This document shows positions 1 to 15,760 of a stretch of DNA of 64,000 nucleotides, in pieces. Where the stretch lies: positions 2,294,001 to 2,358,000 of the forward strand of contig OZ316776.1 of the NCBI GenBank assembly GCA_973851085.1, in the 5' to 3' direction. A model generated the notes under the pieces. That model was not told where the DNA came from and did not search any database. It saw nothing but the letters and a program-made list of their open reading frames with translations. Made by a program: the position numbers and the translations under genes. This stretch comes from Ptychomitrium polyphyllum. Its lineage: Eukaryota. How positions within the stretch are numbered: the stretch's first letter is position 1; each line of letters starts with the position of its first letter.

Positions 1-1797
1 AAGGTATGATGGCTCTATGTTTGTTTATATTATGGTGACAAAAAATAATAGTATAAATGTTTAATAAAGAATTTGATATTATTTTATCTTTTGATTTATT
101 CAAAACACATAAAAAGAAATGCAAAAAAATTATGAAATAAAAGCTCTAATTTTTTCATTTAAGGTTGATACTTTTTAATTCTACATGGTAATTAAAGCAA
201 TCAGCGTAATTTGATATATTATATAAAATTAATAAAAAAAATTATGAACGTACATTAATAATTTCATTAATTGGTATTTGTAGTTTATTTTGTAATAAGC
301 AAATCTCTTAGAAAATAATTGAAGATATTCCATTTCTATTTGAATTCTTAACAATTCTTTAAAATCCAACATTTAAATACTTATGATTATATTATTTGTA
401 TTTTTTATATTAAATTTTATCTTACAAAAGATTAAATCTTTTATTTTTGTGTTTTTTAATTTTTTTAATGCAGATTTATTAAATCAATTATCTCATATTG
501 ACCAAAAACATTGACAATATTTTTAAAATAAAATTTTCAATCCCAAAATTCAAATCTCACACTATAAGCTTGATAAATCTATGAAATCTTGTTATAAGCT
601 TCAAAATTCAAATTAAGAATTGATACTAATTGCATAAAAAATATTAAATTAACTTTAATAAATGTATATTAGAAATTCAAATTATCATTCAACTATTCTA
701 CACTACAATGAAATCTAAAATGCCATCAATTAGTTTATAACCATCAAATCCATTATTTTAAAAGAAATTGACATTTTTATTTGATTTTCTTTGTCTTGTT
801 TTTTAAATACATATAAGAATTTCTATACATTTAATACCAATTTACAAACTTAATATCTCAAATATTTTATAAGTAAAAATTATATTTAAAAAACATATCA
901 TGCATTATGAAAAAATATGGCGAAAAATATTAAAAAGTTTATTTTGTATAAAATTTATAAGTGTCAACGCATAAACAAACAATTATCCAAGGACTATAAG
1001 ATTTTTTATATACTAGTTACAAATATCTAAAAAGCGTTGTGTCTTTGTAATGCAATACTCATGCAAATAATCAAATTGAACTTTGTAAAAAATGCACATC
1101 TAAAAGTAGCATGATTATACTAATAACAAATTCTTTTTTATCCAAATGGTTTTAAATAGTAGCTCCTATATCGTCGTACTAGAATTAGTGCGCATAAGGT
1201 TACTTCACCACAGGGTTAAGGACCCCTGTTACCATGCATGTGAAAGTTTTTGGTCGGCATCCAAGTATCAGACAGGTATCACACCAGGACAAGCTAGGTA
1301 TGAACATAATACCGCGATGTATGACCCTAGCAATAATCCGTTATCACATTGTCCTACACAAGGCACCTTCGAACATTCCGTGATTATACTTGGAACACCT
1401 CCCTACTCAGAAGGCCTATTTCCGTGGACGCAAGAATCTTATGATCATGATCAGAATTCGAACCAGCGAAAGGCACTTCACCTCGCCGTCTATCCACCCG
1501 CACAAACGAACAGCCAATAGAACACCCTCCTCATACGGACGAACGAGAACCCCTAAAGCAACTTCGTCGGATGAAAGGACCTCGCACACAATCGAGAACT
1601 GGCGGGCGCAACTTCGTCGGACAGACGCGCCTGGCGGACGCTGGTGCTGGCGCTCGGCTGCACAACGGAGGCTCTTTGCTTGCCGAGCATTTAGCATGGC
1701 CATCGCGGCGTGTACCTCATTTGCTTCTCCTGCAATTGCTCCGTCGTCATCTTCGTTGTGTCTCGAGGGTTGTAAGCCTGGAGGGGTTGTGTCTTAG

Positions 1798-3786
<1,989 letters not shown>

Positions 3787-6700
3787 GCTTGTCTGGTAGT
3801 GCACACCTAGAGCAGTTTCTGAGAGTATGTCAATTCCTTATACTGATGAATAAACATCCTGTTAATGTGGATCCACATCTCACTATAAGCAGAATATTTC
3901 ACATATGTAGGGTAGGTTCTGGGTGGGCTGTTTTGTGAGGTAGGAAAGCACATGGATATCATATTTTAGATTAACAGCTGGGTTAGGTTCTGGAAAAACA
4001 TGCTGACTTCTTTAGCATGCTAGATTGTAGTCACAGTAAGGTTCAGGATAGGAATTAGTATGGGTAAGTTCCCATGAATATGTTCTGTGGCTAACAAACT
4101 TCAATACATCGATAACCACATTTGCAACATGTCGGTATCCGCTTTATTCAAGAGTATCTCGAGAACAGATGTCTTCCTTCACAAAGTGGTCCAGAAACAT
4201 TGGCTCACCAAAACTCAAATTGAACCACAAACTATGAATCGTGTTTCTAGGGTTGGCAATTCTTCTACAAGGATCAGATGACAAACAAGGAGACATCTAA
4301 AGTAGCCAACTGCTTTCAGCAAGAATGTGGCAAAGGCGCAGCTTTTAAGATGATGCACTCATCTCTTGACGTCATTTCTGTGGTCAGTAGCGGAGTAAAC
4401 GGATATTGGTCTAACTGTTGGCCGAAGTGAAACTGCTTTGGTTCACTTTTATGCAATCATTTATGGGATCCATGAGGGAGAAGCACCTCGAATGGATGTT
4501 GTTCTCAAATGGATGCATTGTAGGAACGTTGTTCATTAAGGATGCCTATTAGGAAGTTTGTAGATTCTAGTCTTTGTGCTTATTGAAGCCACATTGAGTT
4601 CTTTTACCTTATTTGAATCCATTTGGTTGAATTCATTCATGATATTTGGTATTTTCTTTACAACAAAATTTTATATTCTTGAAATTAGTTTTAGGTTGTG
4701 GGTAAAAATTTCATTTTTCAAATGTTTTATATGCCCATTTTCTTTATTTTTTGCACCTTCATAAAATAAGACCATAAAATAACATTATAGCATCAACAAC
4801 ATCTTATTTGAATTTAATTAAGCATATCAAAATTCCAAACATAAAAACTTTAATGTGAAAAAAATAATTAATTAATATTTCTATTCATTATTGTATCATT
4901 AATATGATGACGAATTTTCTAATAGAGGTATTTGTAGATTATATCAAGCTTTTTTTAAAAATTATTTTATGAAGCTATAATTGATCCTTACATACAAAAA
5001 GTTTTTGAAATAAAAAGTAAATATATTTAAATATATAAATAAAATATTCTTCAAAATATATAAGTTCTTCTAATTTTAAAGCTTATTGCTAATGAAAAGG
5101 CTTGATTACATTTGTTAGAAAAACGATTTTACAATCTGAGCCCATTGTGAATGGCCAGTATTAAGAAATCTGTTTTATATTATTTTCATTAATATTTTTC
5201 ATTTAGAAAATGATTTAAATACTATAATTTCAATATTGAATATATCATATGGTTTTATGTGTAAGAAAGACATGTTTTTTATACTTTTTAGTCACACAAT
5301 AAAGTTGTCATTTTAGAAATGTTTATTTTGTTGTTTACAAAATACTAAAAAAAATTACATTAAAATTATTATGAAGATGTGTATTTTATTGTTTTACGAA
5401 TATTTAAAAATTTATATTATTATTAATCAGCTTATGTTTTGTCATTTAAATAAAATTGTAATAAAAACTTACTATAATTTAAATGCACTTTCAAACATGT
5501 ATTAACCATCCTTTCCAAATTTACACATTATTATTCAAAGAAATTACATGAATTTAAACCATTCAAATTAGGTTGCCAATATGAATTCACCATGTATTCA
5601 AAAAAAACTTAAAAAATCATCAGTTACAAAAACACTTAAATAATAACAAAGATGTATGTTAAAAAATTAATTAAAAAAAAGTTAAAATTCTTTTAATTTA
5701 AAGAAAAAAGAATTTTTAGAAGTAGTTAAAAATGATTCATAATAGTTAAATATCTTTTTGGCAAAACATAGCTTTTTAATTATATTTTTTTCTTCATGAT
5801 TCTTATGTGTAACAATTCAAAAGCTACTTTCATTAATTTATCAAATAGAAGTATATAAATTCAAAATTCAAAATTCATAACTTTTTATTGACTAAATTGA
5901 TGTCATAAATCATAAAACAAAAATATTCTTTAACAAAAATGTTATCTCAAAAATGAAAAATAAAGTAGAATATAGCACAATGATTCAATATAAATATGTA
6001 CTTGTATTATTTTTTCTATTCTAATATTTTTTAGATTATAATATAATTTTAAAGAAAATCATTTAATAGAAAATTGGTATGAATTCTATTTATCAATAAG
6101 AACTGATTCTATAAAATTACAAAGTTACATGTACTTTAATGATCTAATGATTATTAAAATAATACTAAGATAATAAATTATGGTATTAAAAATAATTCTA
6201 GTTGTATCAAATGTCAAAAAACCAATAACCTAATAATTTTAAATTGAATGAATGAAAGGAATAAGTGAAAATTCTTATTGCCAAAAACATTAAACATGTA
6301 TACAGATTACTTGTTTAAACTTTCAAAGAAATTTTAATCAATAATGCCTTGGAAGTTCCACCATGACTTTTGCAGATTGTAAGTAATGTTACTAACATTG
6401 TATTTGAGATACAAAAAGCACACATTTTATAAAAATTAAAAATTAAAAAAAAAATTACAACAAATGTTGCAATTGAAAATTGATTGCTCAATTGTTACAA
6501 TGAAAAGAATTCATAATCAGAAGTTAACAATAACTTCACAACAATGATAATCATAGCACATATTTACAGAATCAAAATACAAAAATCAAACATTAAAAAT
6601 AATATTTTTATTTATTAAGAAGACAAAATGAATATGTTATTTATAAATGTTTTTTTATAGCATTATATTTTTTCAAATAATATGCAGCATCCATAATCTA

Positions 6701-8584
6701 TAATTTTGATTATTCCAAATAACAAATTTATACATATATGTTTATACATACATTTATATTTAGTTATGTTCCATTTTTATCCTTTCTTTTATTATAAATC
6801 TTAAAAATATTTTAAAATAAAATTTAGATGCTTTAATATGATGAATTTATATTATTATCATTTGTAAATATAGTTGTAAAAATGCAAATGCTTTATTAAT
6901 GGTTACAACTTGCAAGTTGCAACCTTATCAAAAAATAATAAAATCATTGCTTGATTGATTTTAAAAAACATTTAGTGGATATTATAAAAAACAATATAAC
7001 GAACTCATATTTATCTATAGCATTTCTTTTACTAAACGAAAATTAAAAAGCTATACATTGTATTATATTTAAAAGACTTTCAAAAGTTTCTAATGTTAAT
7101 TATATTAATTATGTTAGTTCAATAATATCAATTACATGTAATGTCAAAATAGAAAGTTACACCTTTTATAAAGACTAATAGGTAATATATGATTGATTAC
7201 TTATAATGCTTCTTTGTATAAAAGGTTTATTTCTTATAATAATTAATTATTATCAATATAAAATTTCTTCAATTTCAAATTTTTGGTGTTCAGTGCACAT
7301 CTAAAATTTATAAAAATTTGTATTTTAATAATTCACAACAAAGTCATTTTAACCAGTTTATACAATAATTTGAATCTATAAAAAAAAATTAATATAAAGT
7401 TTTTAAAAATTATATGCAATTAAAAAAGTAGTGTAAAGATTTTTTTTTGAAAAAATTACAAAAATGACGATATCAAATAGAATATAAGTTTTTTAATAAT
7501 AAATAATCATAAGTTTGAGGTAATTATTTATATAAGATATTTTTTAATTAATTTTTTTTAATAAATGCAATATTAACTTTAACTATCAAATGATTAAGTA
7601 TAACAGAGCAAAATTTAAAGAATATTGTATGAAAATTATTTAATTTGTAAGGTTTAACAAAGTTCAAAAGTAGTCTTTAAAAATATTCCAAGGACATACT
7701 TTTGTGTAAAGTTCTTTGCACAAAAGTATATAAATTTTGGTAAGAATAATGATTAATAAAGATACGTGTTACAATTTATTTTTAAATGTTGAAATGTCTT
7801 ATAATATTTCTTAAAAGGGCTAAATAAGACATATGAAGTTGATTAGATAGTGGCTGCTATAGAATGAGCTAGGTGAGTTCTTTCTTTTTAGTGTAGTAAT
7901 AAGAGAATAAAAGAAAAATTTTGAACCATACTTCGTATTGTAAAGTTTGGTATTATTTCCAGCCAAGCTAGCACATGGTTATATACAAATTACAAATTTT
8001 CTCATGTACTTGTTGTTTATACAATAAAATTCACAATTGATTCAAACATGAAATAAATGAATTTTTTATATATTTTTTTCTTTGATCTTCTTTTAGTTCC
8101 ATAATTTTTTAAATTTATTTCAACACCATGGTCTTATTTATCCTTCAAGCACTAAAGCTTCTTCACATTCATAAATGATATATTACCACTTTCATGCACA
8201 TTCTAAGCATTGAATAGTTACAAATTATAATCATATTTTGAGCAATTTCAACTTATATATTTTGAACAATAAATTAAATTTATTGCATTCATTTGAGGCC
8301 TTAAAATATAGAAGACTTTGAAATATATTACAATTATTTATTTTCTTAAAGGTTTAAATATTCAATTTGTTTTATTACTTAATCACATGTTTTTAAGTCT
8401 TTACAATTTTTAAAATCCATAGCCTTTTTTGTGACTTGATTTTTCTTTTTGTACTCTATTAATAAATTTTTAATCTACTTAATACTACAATTATTGATAT
8501 GTTTTTATCAATTAAAAGTAAAATTAGGCAATAATAAAATACTAATAGGTACAAACAATAGATATTTCATATGAATAATACTAA

Positions 8585-8890
8585 GGACCTATTGAACAAG
8601 CTCATGTTCAATATGTGGATTGGAAGTTGATACATATGTCATTTGAATATGACAAACCACAACTGATCAAAGTAGGTGTTCAATTGACTAATGAAGATGT
8701 ATCCATATACAAAGTATTAATCATGGTATAGTGTTGTTTTTGCTTAGTCATACAAAGACTTCAAGAACATTCTTCTAATAGTGGTTCAACATTGTATTCC
8801 CTTGATTTTCAGGTCCATATCAATTAAGAAAAAAAAAAAAAGGATGAACCCATTATTGCAGTTGATAGTGAAAGTAAAGCTAATCATACC
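8585..8890 (+). mobile_element. Decayed Ty3/Gypsy pol fragment (region N-terminal to the reverse transcriptase core)
   Basis: Conceptual translation across one frameshift and stops: IKVGVQLTNEDVSIYKVLI.../VVFA*SYKDFKNILLIVVQHCIPLIFRSISIKKKKKRMNPLLQLIVKVKL. This matches the Gypsy pattern DVFAWSYxDLxGI...QHxIPL...xxxRMNP..Q.IVK.EL and sits inside very AT-rich decayed DNA. Confidence 0.7.
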
Positions 8891-11425
8891 AAAAAATTGA
8901 GCAGGATTGTATAAGAGCATGACTAATTGGCTTTTTACTTTAGTGTCTTTGTATGTAGTAGGTTCTTTTTTCATAGTGTGAAAATAGAGAACATTATATT
9001 TTTAAAAAATAAAAAATAATGAATATCAAAACACAGTACCAATGATTGTGTGAGAATAATTAAAAGATTTTGAGATTAATGTTGTAATTGAAGTTTTGAA
9101 AAAAATAATAAAAGAATAAAACTTGTAAAAATCAAATGTGTAAAAGCGTTTGATTATAAGTGGTTACAAAACATTTATTAACTAAAAAAAGTGATTGTCT
9201 TACAAAGCAAAAGATTGAATTGTAAATTCATAAATTAATCACCTATTAGAATTTTTTTTTAACTGGATGTATACTTAAAACATTGAAACAAACTGGAATT
9301 AAGAGAGACTCTAGTAGAAAATTAATAATTGCTAATTGAGAAAAATCATGGAATAGATAATAGAAATCAATTTCATAAAAACTATTGTATGAGCACTTTA
9401 GACTTTGGAGTGAAATTGGAGTCTGATTAGAAAATTATAGAAATGGTGTTGTTATAATATTTTACAATTGTGGAAAAAATATGAAATAAGAGGGAATTTT
9501 TTTAAATAAAAAATAAAAAATAGAAGATAAATACGATTTAATATTAAAAATGAAGTTAATAGCATAAATATAACAGAAGTAATTGAAAAAACCAATTGAG
9601 TATGAGTAATTAAAGATGAAAAGGTTGCATAAGTACTGCATTTTAATAATAAGAAGTTGTGGAATGAAAATCAATTAGAAACAATCAGTATCAACACTAT
9701 ATAAAAATATTGATTGGAAATTAAAAAATAACAATCAATTAGTTGTACAGTAGCACTGTTGAATGTAGTATTGTAACAATAATTTCCAATTAATTGGTAA
9801 TTTTGCTGGAGATGAACTATCTTTGTTTAACAAGCAATATGTTTATCCTTAGATTTAAGTAAAAAATAATTATATGGTAATTTGGATTTACAAACCACTT
9901 GAGAATAGAGTCTTAGATGCATAGAGTCTAATTCATTCATTTATATATAAACTTTAAAAATCACTAAATTTTGTATAACATAAATATACATCAAGCACAA
10001 ATTGGTGTCTTTATAAACAAAAAAGTAAGTTGTATGAAGTTGGAATAATGTAAATAATCTATTTAATTAAGAACCATAAAGTGATGTTGAAATAGGATTA
10101 AAAAAGTGCTATTTCATTTTTTATAAATTTAATTTAACTTTGAAATTATTTTATGATTTTTTGATGTTTTAATTAAATTCGTGAGCATTTATATTGTTTG
10201 GAAGTTGATATAGCTTGCTAAATGGATATAGTTTTATATTAAGTTGGCTTGCTTTTAATTGACCTCCATGTCATTTTATATATATATTTTTAAATTATAC
10301 TTATATTTTGTATATATTTTTAATTCTTCGAAACATATTAATTTTTTAATTTCCTATAAGTTATTTAATTTCATATTTATATTAAATTCCATTAAAAGCA
10401 TTTAAAAGCATCAAATCTTTGTCAATTGATTCTAAATTAATAATAACAGTTTTACTAACATCATAAAATATTATTATATAATTTCTTGTAATAATAATGT
10501 AATTTAATTTTAAATTTTTTATTATACTCCTTCTAGCTAATAAAATGAGTATTGATGGAAGATGACATAATATATGACAACAAACATGCATACAATGTAA
10601 TTGTTATAAAATAAGTCTTCTTGAAAACAAGTGATCAACCTTTAAGAATAAATAGACTCTTAACTTAGATAATCTATGCATGTTGATTAAAATAAAACTT
10701 GTCATTAATTGAAACATGAAGATGTTGTTGTAAACAGTTGATTATGGAAGTTTGCTTTTAAAAATCAATGAATGGTAATTGGTTAAAGTCTACCTTCCTA
10801 TAAATAACAAATAAATCAATATGATTGTAAAGAAAAAAAAAAAATTTAAAAAATTTAAAAATTGGAAAATAAAAGCTTAAATGTATAATGCTTAGAATTA
10901 AATTTATTGTTTAAGGTATCAACTAAATGCACTATGATAGTAAAAAAGGTTATTTCTAGTATTAATGTTATGACGCTTAAAAGTTTAAAGTTCAAACAAT
11001 TGTATGACAAATTAACTTGCTAAAAAAACATTAAAAAACATTATCTGGGCCTAAAGTCTATTGACCTATACATTAAAGAATAAAGTAGGGATAAATTAGT
11101 ATGCTATCCTTCATTGATCATATGGAACTTTGGATTTTAAAGTGAACATTTGATTTTTAAGATTAGTAAGAAAAATGTTATTTTTTTATTCTAATAATAT
11201 GGCTTTGGTTAAAATTATAAATTAAATAATTTAACCATTTTTTGGAATTACAAAATTTGGTGGAACTATTTGAAGATGTGAAAAATGTTTTGTAGAGATA
11301 ATAGGTTATGAGGCCTTAAATTTTATTTTATTTTTGTAGTTGGCCTAATTACTCAAACAAACACTTTTGTAAAAGGCATAGAAATAAAAGTTCATGATTG
11401 AAATATGTCTTTTATTGGTTGTTTA

Positions 11426-11947
11426 TGTCACGGACATAGATCATGCAACATAGTCCTTAGAACATTCTAGAACCTTCTAGTATACTATAATAGCTTCTTA
11501 GAATACTTGTAGATGTCTCCATAGTCTTTCCATGTTTGTAGGAAGCTTCCTAGGAAAGTTCCCTCCCCTCAGGAAACTTCCTAGGAAGGTTCTATCATCT
11601 TAGGTAACTTCCTAGGAAGGTTCTATCATCTTAGGAAACTTCTTAGGAAGGTTCCTTAGACTTTTAGAACATTCTTAAGCCTTGTAGGAAGCTTCTTTAG
11701 AAGTATCCTAGGAGATACAAATGTTATAGTATAAATAAGAGGCAAGACAAGGTATTCCTTAGTCCTGCCAACACAAGTTGTGGATCATCTTGAATCCTGC
11801 CTTGTTCTAGTCTTTGTATCAAGTTCTTGTTAATCATTAGCTCTTTGGAAGCTAATTCTTGGAAAACACTATATATTGAGTTGTTAAAGCAGTTATTAAA
11901 ATCCTTTATAAATAAAAAATGATGCAACGATCTTTATAAGTATTACA
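11426..11947 (+). mobile_element. Probable solo LTR or LTR relic
   Basis: Less AT-rich block starting TGTCACGG (11426), with internal 31-bp tandem repeats, a TATAAATA box near 11730 and a candidate ...TTACA end at 11947. I found no target-site duplication, so the 3' boundary is uncertain. Confidence 0.55.
11540..11655. repeat. 31-bp tandem repeat (about 3.7 copies) with palindromic core TTCCTAGGAA
   Basis: Units aggaagcttcctaggaaagttccctcccctc / aggaaacttcctaggaaggttctatcatctt / aggtaacttcctaggaaggttctatcatctt / aggaaacttcttaggaaggttcc, read directly. Confidence 0.9.
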
Positions 11948-13362
11948 AATAATGTGTTATACAAAATTTGCAAATTTATTAATTTGTAAGAATATTATAA
12001 AAAACTTAATTAACAATGGTATTATTTAACAATTATACTTCATATAAACTTTTGATATATAAAGCATATATATTTAGACTAATAGTAATTGGTTTTAAAA
12101 GAATATTATTTTATGAAGCATTGCACATTTAAATTCAAGATGTTGATCTGGAATTTTTAGTAACATATTTTTAACTTGCATCCAGTTAAATTAAATAAAG
12201 CCAATCTTAATTTTGTATATATTTTTTAAAATCTTAATTGTATACTATACTAAATCCAAAATTTATAAATATAAGAAATACACACATTCATTCTTATATC
12301 CAAGCAACTTATTAAGTCCATAATTAGATCAATTAATAAAAAGGTACTAAAAGTGTTTTCAAATTATACTAATGAAATTAAAAAATTAAAAAACATATTT
12401 ATAGTGATTAAATTTTAATATTACTAATCAATTTGAATGTATTAACTTTTTCACCAGTTATAATTATGGAAGTTTTTTACGTGTCTTTATAATATATTTT
12501 CTATTTTTTTAAAGAATCTATTTGTAACTATTTTTATTATTAAATAAATAAATCATTAACGTAGTTCATATTAATTCCTAAAGGTGCCAAATGTTTTTTT
12601 TGAATACTTTAAATAATTTGAACTTTGAAAAAACAATCCACTTTCATTCAATGTTTTTTTTCATCAAAACTATTGAATTGAATTCCAATGCAAATTAAAA
12701 TAATGTGATAAAAATCTTACATCAACTCAAATTATTGTAAATATTTAAATAAAAAAATTTATTCAAATAATTTTGATTTTGAATACCTTTAGTATTATAA
12801 AATACGTACCATCTTTAGACATTTTATATCATTTCAAAATTCATTATTGCTTTATGATTGGGCCCAATATGTTTGTGTAATGTTGTCATTTTTTTTTCTA
12901 ATTAAAATGATACTATTAAAATATATTTAATAGTAGAAATTTAGCTCCAGTTAATCAAAAATAATATCTTAGAATCAATTTTGTTATTAATACATTATAT
13001 TATTTTAATCTATATATCCACATGATTTTAAAGTTAATTTGCACCATTTATAACAAATTTATATAAGATTATAAAGTTTGGATTATTATTTCTCCCTTTT
13101 AAAAAAAAATATATGACACTTTAAATGCAATGGTGTTTTTGAATTGAAAATACTTAGTGCCCTTTAAAATATTAAATTACTTGGTTCAATGTATATTAAA
13201 ATTTATAATTTACATTAGCTTGCATAATTTAAATAATGATTCATATAAGGTTTTAATCAAAAATAGACTATAAGGTTTTTTTTTGTACCACATATAAGAA
13301 CCTAAAACAATAGATATGGAATCCACATCTATGATCCTTGTAGCATCTCTTAAGATATGAAT

Positions 13363-13865
13363 TGTCAAAGACTAATTGTCAACATCAACTACTATATAAC
13401 TCCAATTCTTTTGTAACACAAAATACTCTCATTCTTTGTATATTGTACTTAAGATTACAAACTCCACATTTATAAGTTCATAACTTTACATAAATTCCTT
13501 AATGCTATATAAACTCCCTAATATTATATAAACTCTACAATACTATCTTCATCACATAGCACAAGGTTGACATATGATTCTCAAGTGTTTGTGCATTTGG
13601 CCACAACTTCCTTATAGAATTAATGAAGACTTTTTCAACACTATTCCAATTATTCTATTATATTTCTAATAAAAAGTGAATCAAACTTATCTTAAGATTT
13701 ATCACTAAATGGACTTTGACCTTGTTGCCTGTTATGAGTCAAGGCTTTTATCAAAATAATCAATGTAAGTATCTTCAAAGCTACAAGTAAATCCAACTTA
13801 AAATTGTCTTATTGGATGCATTCTACCAACTCATCAATTCAAGTGGCCATAAGATGATCCTAACA
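13363..13865 (-). mobile_element. Possible degenerate LTR relic
   Basis: On the minus strand it begins TGTTAGG, contains TATAAATG and ends ...TTGACA. No TSD found; weak call. Confidence 0.3.
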
Positions 13866-13889
13866 CAACATAGGAGCTAACACACAAAG

Positions 13890-15000
13890 ACCCCCGCAGC
13901 ACCCAAGACCGTCGATGCACGCAAAACCGACAAGGTCCAGATTCCGCCGGAAGCACACATTTCACTTTTCAAAATTAATTATAAAGGTAGAAAATGTCGG
14001 TTACGAGTACACTATACATGGATTCGGCTATATCTACCATATATAAATTTCACGCACGAGGAGAAGTCTGTGGAGGTCGGTGGTGGGTGCAGCGACGCCT
14101 TTGGGTGCGCATCCCTCACTCGGTTTTGAGAGGAACGAGAGGAGAATCGTTGACCGGCCGGATGGCCCGTTCCATGGACGCCAGCGTGGGATGTGCGGAG
14201 GGGGAACATTCTAGGAACCATTCTAGCAAGCGCAACGGAAGCAGCGTCTCTCGCAGACGCGCAGACGCGCGTTGGCCCACTGTGGTGGCGATGGCGCCGC
14301 GCCTGGATCCAGCGCGCCTGCCGACCGCGAAGTGATCATACCCCATCGCATCCTCCTCTCTCGCGCTGCTCCTGCCTAGTGGTGCATTTCCGCCACGGTG
14401 CTGGCCCTGAGCTGCTCTTCGTCGCCTTCATTTTTAGTACTGCAGGATCATTCTGGTTCATGACTCATTCTCTGGGTCTCCTGTAGGAACCGACATTGCA
14501 AGGTAGGGCTGGTAGGTTCGTTTTCTCCTCTGCATTCGTGGTGATCGGTCGTGACGGAAGGGGGCTGAGGGTGATTGTATCGCAGGGAGATTCGGTGGGG
14601 GGTGGATGGGTCTTTCCTCGCGGGAGTCGTTCTCTGGGTTAGTGGGTTTGGAATAGAGACCGACGTTCCTGGGTGGGGCGGGTGGGATTGTTTCTTCTTC
14701 TGCATTCGTGGTGACTGGTCGTCACGGGCGGGAGCGGGGCGATCGTGTCGCAGGGAGGGTTGGGGTGAGCAGGTTTGGGGTTTTAGGGTTTGGTGGCTGC
14801 GGATTGTGCGAAGAAGTGAGGAAAGGGATTTGGTCATCATGTCGGTGAGGATTGTGTGTTTTCTGTTTATGTGCCGTGGTGGTTGTGCTTTAGATTTTCA
14901 ACTAGTGGTGCCTTGACAAGGGGTTTATCTGTTCGTAGGATGGTTCGGCTGTAGCTGTTGATAGATGGTTGGGTTGGTGAGGAAGCTTGGGTCGGTTGTA
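13890..15000 (+). promoter_or_regulatory. GC/CpG-rich promoter and 5' UTR island of the metacaspase gene
   Basis: Abrupt shift from AT-rich to GC-rich sequence, TATATAAA near 14040, telo-box-like TAGGGTTT near 14784, candidate 5' UTR donor AAG|GTAGGG near 14503; no recognisable protein ORF. Confidence 0.55.
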
Positions 15001-15760
15001 CGATGTGCACGACATCTACTTCATTGTCTTGCGTGGTGTTGAGGTTCTGTTTGCTTGAAGTAGTTGGCTGTGGATTTTGAAGTGTTCACGATGGTTTTTT
15101 TGTGTGATGCTATTGGTGCGGTCAAAGGGGGAAAGGGAGTTAGTTTTTTAGGGTCTTCCTCGGTATAAGAATTCTGGAGCTATACAGAGTTTATAGAAAG
15201 AGTTTTGGTGTAGATTCTTTAGTCACGCGAAATGACTTTTAAGAATAGGTAGTCAATTGTTTAAAGTTGCCTGGAAGGCAACATTGAGTCTCTGTCAAGG
15301 AAATTTGTTCAGCTTCTTTTAGTCGTAAGTTTGAGACAGGAGAATCAAAGGTGTTCAGAGCGCTGTTATCGGTCCACTTTTTTCGTTGACTGTCACTTTG
15401 AGTATTACATGCGTATCTGGGTAATGTGTTCATCATTGGTAACAGTTGGAAATTACATTGTTAAATGGTGCCGATCGAAAGATATGCCTTTTCAATTTAG
15501 CTATTAATAACGACAGCATCTACCATCTACCTTGACTTGTTTTATATTTGCGAACAAGTGAAATATTCCAGGGTTTTGCCTTCTCTCCTCACGAGTTAGA
15601 ATCTGGGGTTTTTGGTTTAGGCTTTAAAACGCAAAGCAGCGTCATCTGTCGAAAAGTGGAGTCCCGCTTTGGAGACTTGAACACATCCGGACTGCTTATT
15701 TAGTTCCTGATTTCTTGGTTGAATATCAAATCTGCCTCAAGATTTTTGAAGTCAGAGAAG

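Noticed and set aside
11540..11655. CRISPR-like appearance of palindromic 31-bp repeats
   Set aside because: Units are directly adjacent with no unique spacers, there are no cas genes, and the context is eukaryotic.
13994..14916. Several 70-130 aa ORFs on both strands
   Set aside because: Arg/Gly/Trp-rich chance ORFs in a GC-rich leader; no domain motifs.
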